A stretch of 64,000 bases of DNA, taken from Geosiphon pyriformis uo1. Taxonomy: Eukaryota > Fungi > Glomeromycota. A program made the translations under genes and the position numbers. Under the pieces are notes generated by a model. It had not been told where the DNA came from, did no database searches, and saw only the letters and a program-made list of their open reading frames with translations. Below are positions 1-14,400 of the stretch, piece by piece. The number at the start of each line of letters is the position of its first letter. Positions within the stretch are counted from its first letter, which is position 1. The DNA is taken from the NCBI GenBank assembly GCA_016748015.1, contig JAAOMT010000275.1:1-64000 (forward strand). Reading direction: 5' to 3'.

Positions 1-2499
1 CCCTTTTTAGCAATCAAAATTGGCTGACCACAAATACTCAGCTTAGCAATCTTAACACCCTGATTTATAGGAATAGCTATTGTCTTCTCATTGTTGATAG
101 AAATATTATTGATCACAAAAAACTCACTGGCAATATTCAACATATATTGTGTGGAAGTCTGACAATTTCCAACCCAGATTGTATCATCAACAAATATACC
201 AGCTGAAAAGTACGAAGTCAAACCACCATTACCCTCAATTCTGCCAGTTTTCGAAACAAACTTAGTATTAATCCAGTATCCACACAATTGGTTGTGCCTC
301 TTAATCTTACACAAAAATGGATCATAAAAGATTCTCTACAGGAGAGGTGAAAAGACCTTACCCTAATCCAGTCCATCATGCACCTTGTAACCACCAAATA
401 AACTAAAGTCATTTATTATTCTGTTAACCCTATCCTTGTAAATACCATTGAAAAACCTTATGAACCTCTCACACATTTTAATACGCCACAAGCTAGCCCT
501 CAAATGGTGCCACCCAACTGAATTGTAAGCCTTCTGCATATTCTGCAAAACCAACCAAACCTCTTGATTTTTCTCAAAAGCATCTTCAATCACTAAGCCA
601 ACAGCAAACACTGGAGATTGTGTAGACATACCCTTTAATACTGAAAAATTGTCACTCCAAAGAACATTAAACTTGTTGCAAGCCACCAAAATACAATCAG
701 AAAGAACCTTAGACAGTATTTTCCTGGTAGTTTCAATCAAAGCAATGGGCTGAGTGTTTGTAAGAGCCCCATCCCAGTCATAAGGCTTAGGGAATCATTG
801 AAATCCATGCCTTTTTCCACAAAACAGACACCACACCAGCAGTTAAACACACATTAAATAGCACTAACAAGCACCCCAAAACCATCTCACCACCATGTTT
901 CTACAACTCATTCGAAATACCAGACAAACCAGCAGCCTTGCCATTAAGCATACCACTAATGACAAAAAGCAACTCACTTATGGCAACTTTGCACATAACA
1001 CCAGAAAAGGCATCATTCCAGACATAGCTTAATGGCGCATACTGTCAAGCCCAAAGATCAAGGATCACTACATGCACTGATTGTTTTTTTGTCCATCCTT
1101 TCATTATCTTGTCCACACTCACTTTTACCTTTTCAGGCTCCAAAACCAATTTATTATCAACCACCAGGTGATCCAACACTACTTTGTAAAAGGGTCTGTC
1201 CAATATACTTCTGATCATACTACCTTTGTCTGAACAGAAATTTTCCATGTGCCTATCAATTGCCTTCCTAATAGAAGTTTCCTCAGCGAATCTTGACTCA
1301 AACATCTTTGCTCTTCTGTAATCTTTGCGAACCAATGACAAATGCTTAACAACAACATCAAATTTGACATTCAAGCTAACCAAATTTCTGAAGGCACAAG
1401 CCTTGACATTATCCAAAGTCAACCATTTACTCACAAGAAAATTGACATCAGACAAGCCACTAGAGCAAAATTTCTTGACAATCTTAGCCACCAACAATTC
1501 CAAACCAAAAAACTTGGAAGAATGCTTGTTTTTCAAACACTTAAATTTGCTAAACCAATGTCTTGAAAACATCTCATTAGCAGATCCTAACACAGCTTTC
1601 TGTAACATTGCTCATATAGCATCTACATCACCACACACTTCAGCACCAGAGAACATGTCACCCAATAACAAAAGTTTCGCCAAGGAGAGATCCCTAAACT
1701 TAGCCTATTTAGCACTGTTAGCATTTTTGAACTTGAATTTTCAATAATCCTTATTCGCCTGCTTGTGCATGCTATTCAATTAAACATTCAGAAGCCCACC
1801 CAAACCAATTGACACCATAACTGCCTTGTGATTAGTGTCAAAGAAATCTGAAACAAGAACTGTCTGATGACCAATAACAGCAAAAAACAAGTTGCCACTA
1901 ACAAAAATATAATCAATTGTCTTCACAACCCCTTTTGAATTGCTCTACATATGAGAACCAGCTGAATAATAACCGCCAAATAAATTGAGCAAACCCAAAC
2001 TCAAACAGAACTTGAAACTTACACTCCTACCAGATCCATTCTCATTAAAGTCCTCACCCAAGACAACATGAATGCTGGAGTTGACAGCTTTTGCAATGAG
2101 AGAGTTAACTTCAGAAACCTGACCAAATCTACCCCCAGAAGAGGCACCAGCATATAATCCCAAAAGAGTAACTGAAAGCTTGCCTTTAAATAAGAGCTGA
2201 ATAGAAACAACCCTACCAGAAACCTCCTCCACCTTAGAAACATAATAAGCCAAAGAATTATCCATAATTATAGCAACACCAGCACCAATGAAATCTTTAT
2301 CCAATCCTGAAGAAAAAATTCACACTCCATTAAACTTATTTGCAATCCATGGCCTAGTAGAAAACCTTAACTTTGTTTCTATGATAAATGAGACCAAATT
2401 GCCAGAATCTTGATGCCAACACACAACATCCTCCTGCTTGACAGGGACATTGATACCATGAACATTACACATAGCAAATTTCCAAACCAGACCACTCAT
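1..2499 (-). pseudogene. LINE A ORF2, APE endonuclease plus RT N-terminal part
   Basis: Starts MSGLVWKFAMCNVHG at an ATGA overlap (2496-2499). RT motifs lie in 363-740 and GIFVDDTIW near 170-200. Confidence 0.88.
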
Positions 2500-4364
2500 T
2501 GGGAAGAATGAAATAAAGAAGGACCCAAACCAGAACACAAGAGATCCAATTTTGCCAAAACAAAACTGACCAAAGTCTCTATAGCTGATATTTTAGACTC
2601 CAAACCACCTATTTTGGTAGTCAGAACCTTTGAACTACTTGAATTGAAACCAGCACCTAACTCAACACTTGAGGGAGGGGGAGAGAACAAAGCCAACACA
2701 CCATCCAAAGCCATATCCAAACCCAAAATAGAAGCCACTGGCATAGAGCTGACCAAAGAAGGAGCACCAAAAGACAGTACCATAGGCACCAATTCAACAA
2801 AACTCAATTTCCTAAGAATACCAGAAACCTGGTCAGCCAAAAGTTTAAGAAAATGCTCCAAAGATGTTAAACAAGCAATCAAGAGAGACTCATCAAATGG
2901 GAAAGAGAGAGCACCACCACCCAACCCCAAAGCACTAGACAAAGATAAGCCTAAACCATAACCAGTACCAGAAGAGGAAGCAAAAGAGACTACTTGAGCT
3001 CACAATTTGCTACCAAAGGCAGCAGGGTAAGAGATAGAAACATTTTTCTTCACATACAACTTGGCTAATTGAAGATAATCAATACCAGAAGCATTTCTTT
3101 TAAAAGAAGCAGAAGGCATAGGAACAGAAACATCAGAAGCATCACATTCCAAGGCTAAATAACCAAATCTCTCACACTTCTCACACCAAACCAAATCCAA
3201 CCTAGCTCATAATAGTTGCACACTGCCAAAAACAGACTCAGTACAAAAGGTAGAGTCCAAATCTACCTCAGACTCAAAGCCAACTACTGCACAACAAAAC
3301 CTATTGCCAGTCGCCAATGATTGATTAATGGTGCAAGTTTTCTCACCAGTCTTATCCAAAAGAGTACCAAAATCATGCACAGTTGTTCCTACTGGCAAAG
3401 TAAACAACAGCACCCTAAACTGATCCCTAGATGCCCAGGTGTCATGATCACTCATAGCTTTGACCACATATACTGAATCCTTCCTGATTAGAAATAACCA
3501 TCTTAAGGCCAACTGATTAGCTTGACTTGATTTAGTGAACTCCACCACAGCTTTCTGCTACATGTCAATTAACTGAATTTTGATTGACATAATTTCTCCA
3601 AACTTGGCAACTGCAGCAATGATCATTTCCTTTGGAGTATCTATGAGAATTTCCTTGATAACTAAAGCCCAATCTGAATGTATTCCTGATTTTCTAAGAT
3701 CATTGTTTACGACAATCTCTTTTTCTCTGGCCAAAAATGCAGCCATATTCATGCTTTTTTCAGAAATAAAGATAAATCAAATAATCTTTTCAAATTTTGA
3801 GGGAGTAGTGGCCCCCCCAAAACCATTGACTGTTGAAAAAAATTTTCTAATAAGCTGAGTTTTTGCTGTAGCAGATCTGTCTTCTACTGCTGAAAGATTA
3901 ATATCCAAAGCAAATGATTTTTTAACCAAAACCTCTACTGGAGTTTTGATGATCTTCAGATCTATTCATTTCTTTTCCAGAGAGACGAACAAACAAAGAG
4001 GAAACACAACTTCATTATCATCCATACAATAATTAGGAAAACCAAGAAGAGATCCAAAAACAATGCTGGTATTCACTCTTTTTGTCTTGGAAGTATTAGC
4101 CACTGAGCCCAAAAGAGACCCATTGTCGATATCTTCCATAATAATATTGTCTTCTTCACTACTGGACTCACTCTCCAAATCTGAATACACACCATCATGA
4201 CCAGGCTTGCTCAAAGAAATGTTTTTCTCATCACCCGAGTGTTTAACATTACCCAGAACCATCTTCTTCTTCTGGGAAAAGAAGCCACCAACAGGACCAT
4301 GGAAAGCACTCTTGGATATCTTCTTCTTAGACATATCACTGCCTGAAGCAGCCTTTAAATCCAT
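2496..4364 (-). pseudogene. LINE A ORF1 (RRM-like region, CCHC knuckle, coiled coil), stop-riddled
   Basis: ORF track pieces 3966-4364, 3558-3752, 3207-3548, 3000-3200 and 2496-2942 are homologous to ORF1 of copies C and D. Confidence 0.85.
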
Positions 4365-5314
4365 GACGAAAGAGTTACTACTTAAAAAAATATTGAAAAG
4401 CTAATAAGAGAAAACAAAAAAAACTTTTTTTTCAGAAAACAAGCTTTTTCAAGAATTTTTGAAGGTAAGAGAGAAAAAAGTTTTTTTATTTTTTTTGCTT
4501 ATAATAAAACTATTATAAAAAGTTGGCTTAATATAAAATTAATACTTTTTTTAACTTACAAAAAAACTGTATATATAGTTAAATTATTTAAAATTTATAT
4601 ATTATATTAATATTATTTTAATTATATTAATTAATTATATATATTTTAAATTAATTAATTTAGTTTAAGCTTATTTAACATATTATTTTTTTAAAAATCA
4701 ATAATTTAGATAATCAAATTTAAATAGTTTGATTTAAAATATTAATTAAACATCAATAATACTAATTGTAATTATAATTAATATAATTAAAAATAGATAA
4801 ATTAATTATATTTTTTGGTAACTATTTTTGAATAATAATTGTAAATTTGAAATATTAAATTGTTTAAATAAAAGCATATAAAAATTTTAAAACATAATAA
4901 AATTTATTATTATTAGATTATATATATTAATTATTAATTTCTATTAGTATTTTTTGTTTAAGCTTTTTTGGTATTTAATTTAAATTTGTAATTAAATTAT
5001 GTTATAATTAAATTATTATTAAATTAATTGTTGGTTTTTTATTTTTTTGCTGTTAATTAATATTTTTTAAATTAATTTTGATAATATAATTTTTTTTACA
5101 TAATTTTAATACTAATTTTTATAATATGTATTGTAATTTTTTGCATAAAAATATTGTATTTTAATTTAAAAATATTATAATAATAGTTAATATTTGTGAA
5201 TATTAAAGTTTTATTTTTGTATTTTCAAATATTAAAAGAAAATAATTTTTTACTTTTTAATAAATTACTATAATTATTAAAACAAAGCTATAAAATTAAT
5301 AGTTAAGATAAATT

Positions 5315-5455
5315 CATAGTGTTGCTCTAATCAGCCCAAATAACTGGTCATATATAGAAAGTGCATGATTTGTGCCTAGTTTAGATCACTTAGTTTGATG
5401 TATTGTACTAGGTGGCATTTGGGTCTTATTCATTAAACATAAAATAAATAAATAA
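5315..5455 (+). mobile_element. Orphan LINE 3'-end module with A-rich tail
   Basis: tagtgttgctctaatcagcccaaataactggtca...cctagtttagatca...ctaggtggcatttgggtc...cattaaacataaaataaa aligns to the LINE 3' UTR at 46240-46377. It is much more GC-rich than its flanks. Confidence 0.8.
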
Positions 5456-6089
5456 ATTAATAATAATTAATATATTTTTTAGGTTTTTTTTTTAAAAAAT
5501 ATTGTAATTTTTTGGTAATATAATAATTAAATAATTTTTAGCTAAAAAATAATTATTTGTTAACTTCAAGTTTTTTTGATAATATTAATATAAAAATTTT
5601 ATAAATTTAAGATAATTTGTTTTTATAAATTTTAATTTTGTTATTTTTATTAATTATTATTATTATTATTTTATTTTTTGTAAATTATATTTTATAAACA
5701 TATTAAATATTATAAACAAATATTTTAATTAATAGTCTATAAGTTAGTATTATAATTTAATTATGTAATTTAAAAGTTTTAATATATTTAAAAATTTTTA
5801 TGATTAAGTTTTTTGTATAAAAAACAAAAATTCAAGTTGTAATAATTAATAATACTTTGCAACTTATTTTTTAACATAATAATTAGTTTATTTTGGTGTT
5901 TTTTATTTTTTTTTAATAAGTTATTTAATTATAAATTAGTTAATTTTATACTTATTTTTGTATTTTTTATTAAATTATTTATAATATTATAATTTTAATA
6001 CTTATTTTTTAATTAATTTAACAATATAAAAACAACAAAATAAACAAAAAACAATAATATAAAAATAAATTTAATATTTTATTAATAAT

Positions 6090-9000
6090 TATTATTTTTT
6101 ATTCAGCTTAATAAGTAAAATTTAATTATTATCTAGAAATATATAATATATATATATTATATACTAAATATAATTTATATATTTGTTATATGTGATTAAT
6201 TACTTAGATTAATTAAAATAATATTATGTTTTAGCTATAATTAGTATATTACTACTTAGACTTGAATAAAACAAATATTGCAAACATATATTAAAATATA
6301 TATTCTTATTTTTATTTATATTTAACAATACTATAGTCTTATTACATAAACTGCTAATATTATTATATTTACAAGATGTCATACTATTATTAACTAATAA
6401 TAAACTATTTTTTTCTAAAACAGCGCTGTATTTTAACTTATAATACCAAATTAAAAATCTGTAAACCAATACTAAATTTCTTATAAAAACTATAATATAT
6501 TTATTAGCTAATCTAAAATTTTCAAAAACAAATATAGCTTTATAATATTATTGTATAAGTATAAAGTTTTTTATTAAAAAGAAGTAAAAATTGTTATTAC
6601 ATTTATTAGTAAACAAATTATATTAAACAGTAGAAAAAATAATATTAACACTTAATGAAAATAATCATTGTAATTCAAAATCAGCCAAAATTTTAACACA
6701 AGTAATCTTATCTAAATAATACTTAAAAAAGTAATTAAATACCTTAATTTTACTATAAAATACACATAATATATTGGAATATGACATATTATATAAATAC
6801 TTTTTAGTAACAATTAGTAAATATCTATACAAAATCTTTATTAGATAAGTCTATAAACTAGCCAAAAAATAGTTTGTATATTTAGAAGCTATATGGACAT
6901 TAAAATACTATACTTTAGACATTTTTTTTCAATTTATTTCCCAAATATTGCAAATTTTAATTACATTTAAACTTGAAATATTTTTTTATTTAACATAATA
7001 CAAAGTTTTATAAAAATTTCTAACATAATACTAAATATTATAGAATAATATCTTGTTATTTACTTAATAAAAAATCCACAAATTACAATAAAAAAAATCA
7101 AATCAAAAACACAGATTTTGAAAGTAAATATGTTAACATATTTATTATTTACATCATCAATATAATCTTTAACTTTTATTTAAGATACTAACAAATTTTT
7201 TTTTCTTATAAGATCAATAATTTGTTACTATTTTATTCACAAACAATTTCTAAAATTAAGTAAGACCAATTCCAATTAATTTATACAAGCATATATAACA
7301 GCTTAATTGTTTAAATTAATAAATATTTTATTTTTTACAAAAATATAAGCAAGTATTAAAAATGTAGCTTTAATTTTAGCCAAAGTTAATAATATAATAT
7401 TATGTATTTTAATTTCAACACCAAAATTAATATCCAAAAAAAAAGCAGCAGTTTTTTTAATTATTAAAGTTAAACCAAAATTCTTAATAGATTTATTCAT
7501 ATAAATATTAAATACATCTAAACTGAAATTTAGTAATACTTTTTTTGTATAACTAATTAAGTTATCACTATTAATATTAAACAAACATATATTATTTAGT
7601 TAAAGTTAATTACAAGTAAAAATTATTTTGTTTCTTAAAAATTGAACAGTCAATTTAAATCATCTGAGAACAGAACCTTTCAAATTCAAATACTTCTAAT
7701 TAAAACAGCATTTTTTTTTATTTAGCAATTGCTTTATAAAAGCAATACCAAAACACTTCAAAGAATGAGCAATCTCAAAAAAAGTCACATTTTCAAAAAT
7801 ATTAAACATTAGTATTCTACCAAAAAAACAAAAAAAATTTGGTAAAGCAACAAAAAAAAACAATTTACAAAAAAAAAATTCTCACAATTTCTCTTTATTA
7901 ATAGTATTAATCTTGTATCTTTATTTATCTTTAGTAGTTTGCTTGTGTATTGAATTAAACTAAAAATTAAAAAAACTTCTCAAGCTTATATCCACCAAAA
8001 TAACCAAGTAATCAATATTAAAAAACTTATTAAAACAATAAACTTGTTAATTGAAATTTGAATTCTAAAAACTATTATTAACTAAAACAAAATTTATATA
8101 TTTCTTAACATCTTTAAAATTAGATCATGTAAAAACTTTGTAAAATAAAAAACCACTAAAAGAGTCAAACAAACTCAGATTTAAAAATTTCTTAAAACTT
8201 GTACTGTAACCAGAATTATTCTCATTAAAATTGTCTCCAAAAACAACAAATTTACTATTATTTAGAGCACTAACTATTATTGAATTGACATTATTAGGCT
8301 AAGTTAGCCTTTTTTCCAAAGTAATGCCAGTATACAAACCCAAAATCAAGACTAAAAAATGGTTTTTAAATAGTAGCTCTATTAACAAAAGCCAACCAGC
8401 TATTTTTGAAATTTTATGCACATGCCTAATAATATTTTTATTGATTATTATAGCAATACTAGAACCTAAATAAATAAAGTTGACACCTAAAATAAAAACT
8501 TTAATTTTTTTAAATTTGTTTATGATTCATAAACAAATTTTGCTCTTTAGTTTTGTCTTTGTAATAATAGACACAAAATTGTCTTTTTTTTTGTATTAGC
8601 AAATAATGTCTTTTTGCTTAGCAGAATTGTTTATATCTTTTAAATTACATATAGCAAACTTTTAAAAATAATCAGTTATTAAGATAAAAAGAGTGTTAAA
8701 AATCTGAGCCAGTATATAACTAATCTAACTTTGCTAAAACTGAATTAATTAAAACTTCAAAAGCAACCAATTTTAATTTCAAGCCATTCACTTTAGTGGT
8801 CAAAATCTTTGAGCTACTGAATTTCAAATCCAAATTTTTATTGTTAGTTAATAAAAAAAAAATAGAAACAGTAATAGCAAATTATCTAAAATTATGTTTA
8901 AATTCAACTTCAAAAATAATAATATAAAAACAGCTAAAAATAAGTGTTAATAAGCAGTTATTAGAAGCACCAAATCCACATTGCTTAGTTTTTGCACAAT

Positions 9001-10513
9001 ACTAAACACTTAATTAGCCAAAAGCTTCAAAAAGTATTCCAAAAATACCAATTAATTGCTAATTATAAATGTATTTTAAAAATCAAAAACCATATTGTCA
9101 GAAGATAAAGCATCAGAGAATAGAAGTTCAGAAACAAGAACAGAATAAGTATTATTAAAAACAACTATCAAAGATACTATCTGTGCTTAAAATCTGCCAT
9201 CAAAGACAACAAATCAGAAAATAAGCACATTTTTTTTACATATAATTAAATAAATTAAAGATGATTTTGGTCTGAAATGAACTTTTTATAACTCTTTTTT
9301 TAAACCAAAGCAAAGAAATTTGAAGATTTATACTTAAAAGAAAAATGGCCAAAACATCCACATTTTTTGCAGTATACTAAACCCAGTTTAGTTTAAAAAT
9401 ATCTTATATTACCAAATATTGGCTTTATGCAAAAGACTAATTCTAGATTTTGATTTGACTTAAAACTAATTACAGTACAATAAACTTTATTGTTTGTTTT
9501 AAATAACTGATTTATGATACAAATTTTTCTATCAGTCATTTCTAATAAAGTACTCAAATTATGTGCAGTTGTTTCTATAGTAAGTATAAACAAAAAAGCT
9601 TTATATTAATTTTTAAATACCTATATATCACAATTTTTCACAGCTTTAGCCATCTGTACTAAATTTTTTCTGATAAAGAATAATTACTTAGCTGCTAACA
9701 GATCTGTTTAACTTGATTCAGCAAATTTCATCACAGCTTAATTAATTGTAATTAAATTAACACAATTTAATCAAATTTAATTATTATAACAATAATCATT
9801 TTTTTTGGCATATCTATAGGAATTTTTTTAATCATTACAGTCTAATTTAAATGCATTCTTTGTTTTTTAAGATCATTGTTTATCTTAACACCTTTTTCTC
9901 TAACCAATAATACAGTCTTGTTTATGTTTTTTTTTAATATAAACATAGATCTGATAATCTCTTCAAATTTTAAAAGAGTAGTGGTCTTTTCAAAATTATT
10001 AATTGTTGAAAAAAATTTTCTAATTATTTGAGTTTTTGCTGTTATTAACTTGTTTTTGCTGTTATTAACTTGTTTTTTACTGTTAAAAAATTAATATTTA
10101 AAACAAAAATTTTTTTAATAGCTATTTTTCTTGAGTTTTTACTACTTTAGGATTAATTTATCTTTTATTCAAAAATATATTAAAAGAAAAAAAAAGAGGT
10201 TTATTATTTTCATCTATGCTAAAATTGATTGTATTAATAGGAAAGTTATATTTTAAACTAGTATTAACTTTTTTAGTTTTAGAAATAATTGCTGCTAAAT
10301 CAAAAAAACCACTATTACTAATAACTATTAAAACATTATTATTTTTACTATTATCAAATTCACTATTTATGTTCGAATACATACTATTACTAATACCAGG
10401 TTTGACCAAAAAAATATTTTTTTTATTATCTAAATGCTTAATATTGTTTATAAGAACTTTTTTTTTTAGGAGAAAAAATCTTTAACTGGTTTATAAAAAG
10501 CTTCTTTGGATGT
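6090..10513 (-). mobile_element. LINE copy B (old, AT-eroded, RT region deleted), main part
   Basis: Eroded 3' UTR at 6090-6230, zinc finger/RNaseH remnants at 6224-7600, APE remnant ~7900-8680 and ORF1 remnant 8680-10513. It is interrupted at 10513 by the gypsy element. Confidence 0.8.
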
Positions 10514-11379
10514 TATTACTTATAGAAAAAACATACAAAAAAATAGTAAAAAAAACAGATAAACCAATAAAAAATAGTAGTTAACACATGAGCACATTGC
10601 TTAGTAATGTAGAGTATTATCAGGAATTAGGGCACATTGTTAGAAAATCATGGCACATTGTTTAGCAATATGAAGCAATATTAGAAAATTAGAGCACATT
10701 GCTTGGGAATGTAAGTGATTTTATAGAACTCAAATTATGTATATATAACAAGAACATTAGAAGCAAAAAAGACAGAATTCCAGCTAAAATTAATACCAAA
10801 ATCTCTCAGTTAGAAACATCTTAGTTAAAATTATATTAATAAATAATTATTCACTATCTAAATCACTTTTCCCACTATTAACATTTTATGTTGATAGTAT
10901 CCAATACTTGATCACACTAGAACAATAGCTCTTGATCATGGCTATTAACAGAATACTAACATAAATTGCTTTGGCTTAAATTTTTTTATTTTCTTTTATT
11001 TTTCTCTTTTATTGTTGTATACTAATTGATTAAAAATTAAGTACTAAGTTATTAATGTTAATAATAGTCTAGTAAAAGACCCATGAAACAAAAATAGAGA
11101 ACTTGGAAATTAAGAATAGCTTATCAAAAAGACATAACTGTCAAAATAAACTGGCTACCATGCTGAAGAAAAAAATTTGATGGAATAGCAATTTTGAGAA
11201 ACTATGAATAAAAACAATACTTGAATCTCTGTTTATTATACAATAAACTCAACCAAAACCTTCAGATACCAAAACCTTTAGACACCAAAATCTTTGAATA
11301 TTACTAACTATTTCAGCTATTAAGTACCAAGTTACAGGTTTGTTATTTGATTTAAGATCCCAAATAATCACTTGTAATA
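10514..11379 (+). repeat. G1 5' LTR
   Basis: Direct repeat of 30462-31366. It has a U3 tandem array of ~20-bp gcacattg-containing units, a TATA-like tatatataa, and ends tgtaata before the PBS. Confidence 0.9.
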
Positions 11380-11381
11380 TT

Positions 11382-11399
11382 TGGTGCTCTTTGTGAGAT
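11382..11399 (+). promoter_or_regulatory. G1 primer-binding site
   Basis: TGGTGCTCTTTGTGAGAT lies 2 nt after the LTR end; TGG is complementary to a tRNA CCA. The same motif occurs in G2. Confidence 0.8.
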
Positions 11400-11439
11400 A
11401 TAATTTTACAGAGAACCAACACTAACAACAACTATTCAA

Positions 11440-14400
11440 AAGTAGCAGAATCAGAAAGAAGAGAAACAAACCATTTAGGATTTGCCAAATTTTTATTTCA
11501 ATACTACTGTCAACACTTGAAATTAATCAACAACCAACTATTAGCAGAATTTGCCTTCAACTTCTATGTCAATAAAAGAATTAAATATTTTTTAAGAGAA
11601 CCAGTAAATACTAAATCAGCAAAAAAAAATTTCTACAGCAAATTAATCCAATATACCAGCTTACCAGTAAATTACAACTTTGCTCTGCTCATTACTAAAA
11701 TCAACAGAGAAATTAAAAATTACATCCAACAAACATTTTCTATTACTTATGCAGAAAAAGGCAAAGAAAAACTACAAACACCAGCAGGAATTCTAAAGCA
11801 AATACAATTATCTACTTGGAAAAAACAGAAAGTTAATTCATCAACTAATCTATTCTACTATTATACATCTGAAAGTATCATTAATATACCATCAACAAAT
11901 ACGTCTACAGCAAATGTAACAACTCTATTAAACAGACTTTTATTCCAAAGTAAACAGAAAAAAGCAGAATTATTAGAAACCTACAGCAATTATTTTAAGG
12001 AATTTAAATTGCAATCTCCAATGCCATCAGAATTTCAATTACCATTACCCCAACCAAATTTCGGAACTATTAGTCTGTGGAAAGTAACAAAATCAAAGGA
12101 AGAGGAAAACAACAATCAGGAATTTAATTATTAAGACCCAATCCCAGAAAACCTGGAAATTCAAACTCTGATTGTTTCAACTCAGCAAAATCAGAACAAT
12201 CCAAATTCCAACATTATTCATTAACAAAACTTATTTCCAGTAATCATAATTAATCTACCATCAATTATCACACTATTACAATTACAACTTTAACAACAGT
12301 TACAATAATCAATGGTCTATGTTTTAATTGCAAAACTTGAAAAATTTACTGACAAAGAAAATAATGTCTAAGTCTGGTTAAATGATGTCATTAAAGCAAT
12401 CATGGCAAATAACTGGGATAATGTTAGAGCACTTTAAGCAATCCCATATTTTCTCCAAAATACTGCCAATTTATGGTATTAAAATCTCATCAACAAACCA
12501 CTAAACTTTAATGTATTTAAAACCATGTTTCTATAGTATTTTAGTAATAATAATAGTATTAACCACCTAGCCAATAGTTTCACTACAATCAAACAAAATA
12601 ATACCAAAGTAGTTACTACATACTTAGAACACTTTCACAAAAATTTGCACCAAATACAAACTATTGAAGCTGACTACTTCACAGTATCACAGATTCTGAA
12701 TTAGTTTATCTGTGGGTTGTGCAGTAACTTGCTACAAAGAGTATGGCCAATACACTCAAATACACTCCAAAATACAGTTATATATGCCCAAGATTTCGAA
12801 TTAGCAGAGTTAAAAGCCAACCACACCCAAGCCATAAATTTAGTAATGAATAGATTATCTGAATTAGATTCCAAATTGAAACAATTTAGTGATTCAATTA
12901 ACCAGAAAATTGAAAAATACTTAGCTAATAATAGCAATCAAGCAATTTATTAGCTGTCACAACATTGTAAAAATTCAGAAAATTTCAATTGATCTCAGAA
13001 TTAGTTATGTTCATCTTTAGCAAATCAACAGTGGCAGCAAAAGATACATATTTGTCACTATTGTGATAAACAAAAATACATAAAAATAGATTGTCACCAA
13101 AAACTAAATAACCAATGATCAAAAAATCAATATTAAAACTCCAATTGCTGGTTTCAAACTCCAAACTACACCAATAATTAATCATCTAAACAATATTACT
13201 ATCAATCCTATTACTTACCCATAATACAACAAATATACTTACCTCCTATATATTAAACTCCAACATCCATAATATATCAACTGCAGCCACAAATCATCTA
13301 TCAATCTTAACAACTTCAAACACTATTACAAATTGCAACTCAGATGACATCTGGAAATCAAAGACCAAGAATGATTCAGAACTAAAGATTGGCAATAGTT
13401 GTTCACCAGCCAATCTCAAGCTCCTTAAATCAACCATCAGGATTATATCAGTGGAGTTTAGGAACTAGATATGCCCAAAACCCAAATTTCCAGAACTATT
13501 TAAGTCTTCTGATTACTCCAAAAGATATCACTTTTAACCATCTAAAACCCAACCAAAAACAAACACTTATCAACAACATTTTACTTATAATAATGACTAA
13601 TGACAAGTCACTAGCAGCCATTTTTTCTTTCAAAATTGAGAAATCAACCAAAATACTCCTTTTTAGAGAAGCTGTCCTTAATACCAAACCTATTACTGCA
13701 ATGTATACAGATGCCAAAATTGATAGTCAGCCCATCAAATTGATCCTTAACAGTGGCTCAGCAGACAGCATTATTATCAAACAACTCATGAACCAATTAG
13801 GTTACCAAGTTAATCATGTTGCCAGCACTAGAATTATTACTGTTGATAGAACAATAAAAACTTCAATTGGTAAGATTAATAACTTCTTATTTGAAATTAA
13901 TGGTATTACCATACCCATTAAAGTATTAGTAATAGAAGCCATTTAATATTAAGCTCTGGTTAGTAATGACTGATTATCCAAAACAAATACTGTGCTTAAC
14001 TAAACCACTTAAGAATTGCAACTTAGCCAAAACAGTCAGCACACTAGAGTACCAGTTATGTGTGGTCATTTTAAAACCACCATGCCAGTATCACTAATTA
14101 AATTCAAAGAAAAAACAACTAAACTTACCTGAAAAGCCTATTAAGTCTTATGAACTGATACTAACCACAATGAATTGTCACCAATACTCTTATAAAACAA
14201 TAAGAGAAAAGAAAAAAAAAAAGATAAACCACAAAAAGACACCACTAATTATAATACTACTAGCAACTGGGAAAAATTTTATTCAATTAACAACAGACCA
14301 GAGCCATCATATATCCCACTAAAGTATAAAGACTACAAAAAAAAGCTGTCTTCTATAGGAGCTTGAATTGCATTAAACAAAGACTATTAGATGCAAACCC

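Larger units (their letters stand above)
1..4480 (-). mobile_element. L1-like LINE copy A, decayed; its 3' part runs off the window start
   Basis: ORF1 fragments 2496-4364 include a CX2CX4(H>Y)X4C knuckle (CEKCERFGYLALEC). ORF2 fragments include APE (CNVHGIN, IETKL, GEDFN) and RT (ETTRKILSKVL, KAYNSVGW). It is colinear with copies C and D and has a pyrimidine-rich 5' UTR near 4400-4480. Confidence 0.93.

Noticed and set aside
1032-4404. Antisense ORFs overlapping LINE ORFs (also 32495, 41655, 45942, 55530)
   Set aside because: They are short shadows of the coding strand with no consistent start/stop or motif between copies.
10034-10080. 20-bp tandem duplication in LINE B
   Set aside because: A local slippage event in a dead copy, absent from copies A and C.
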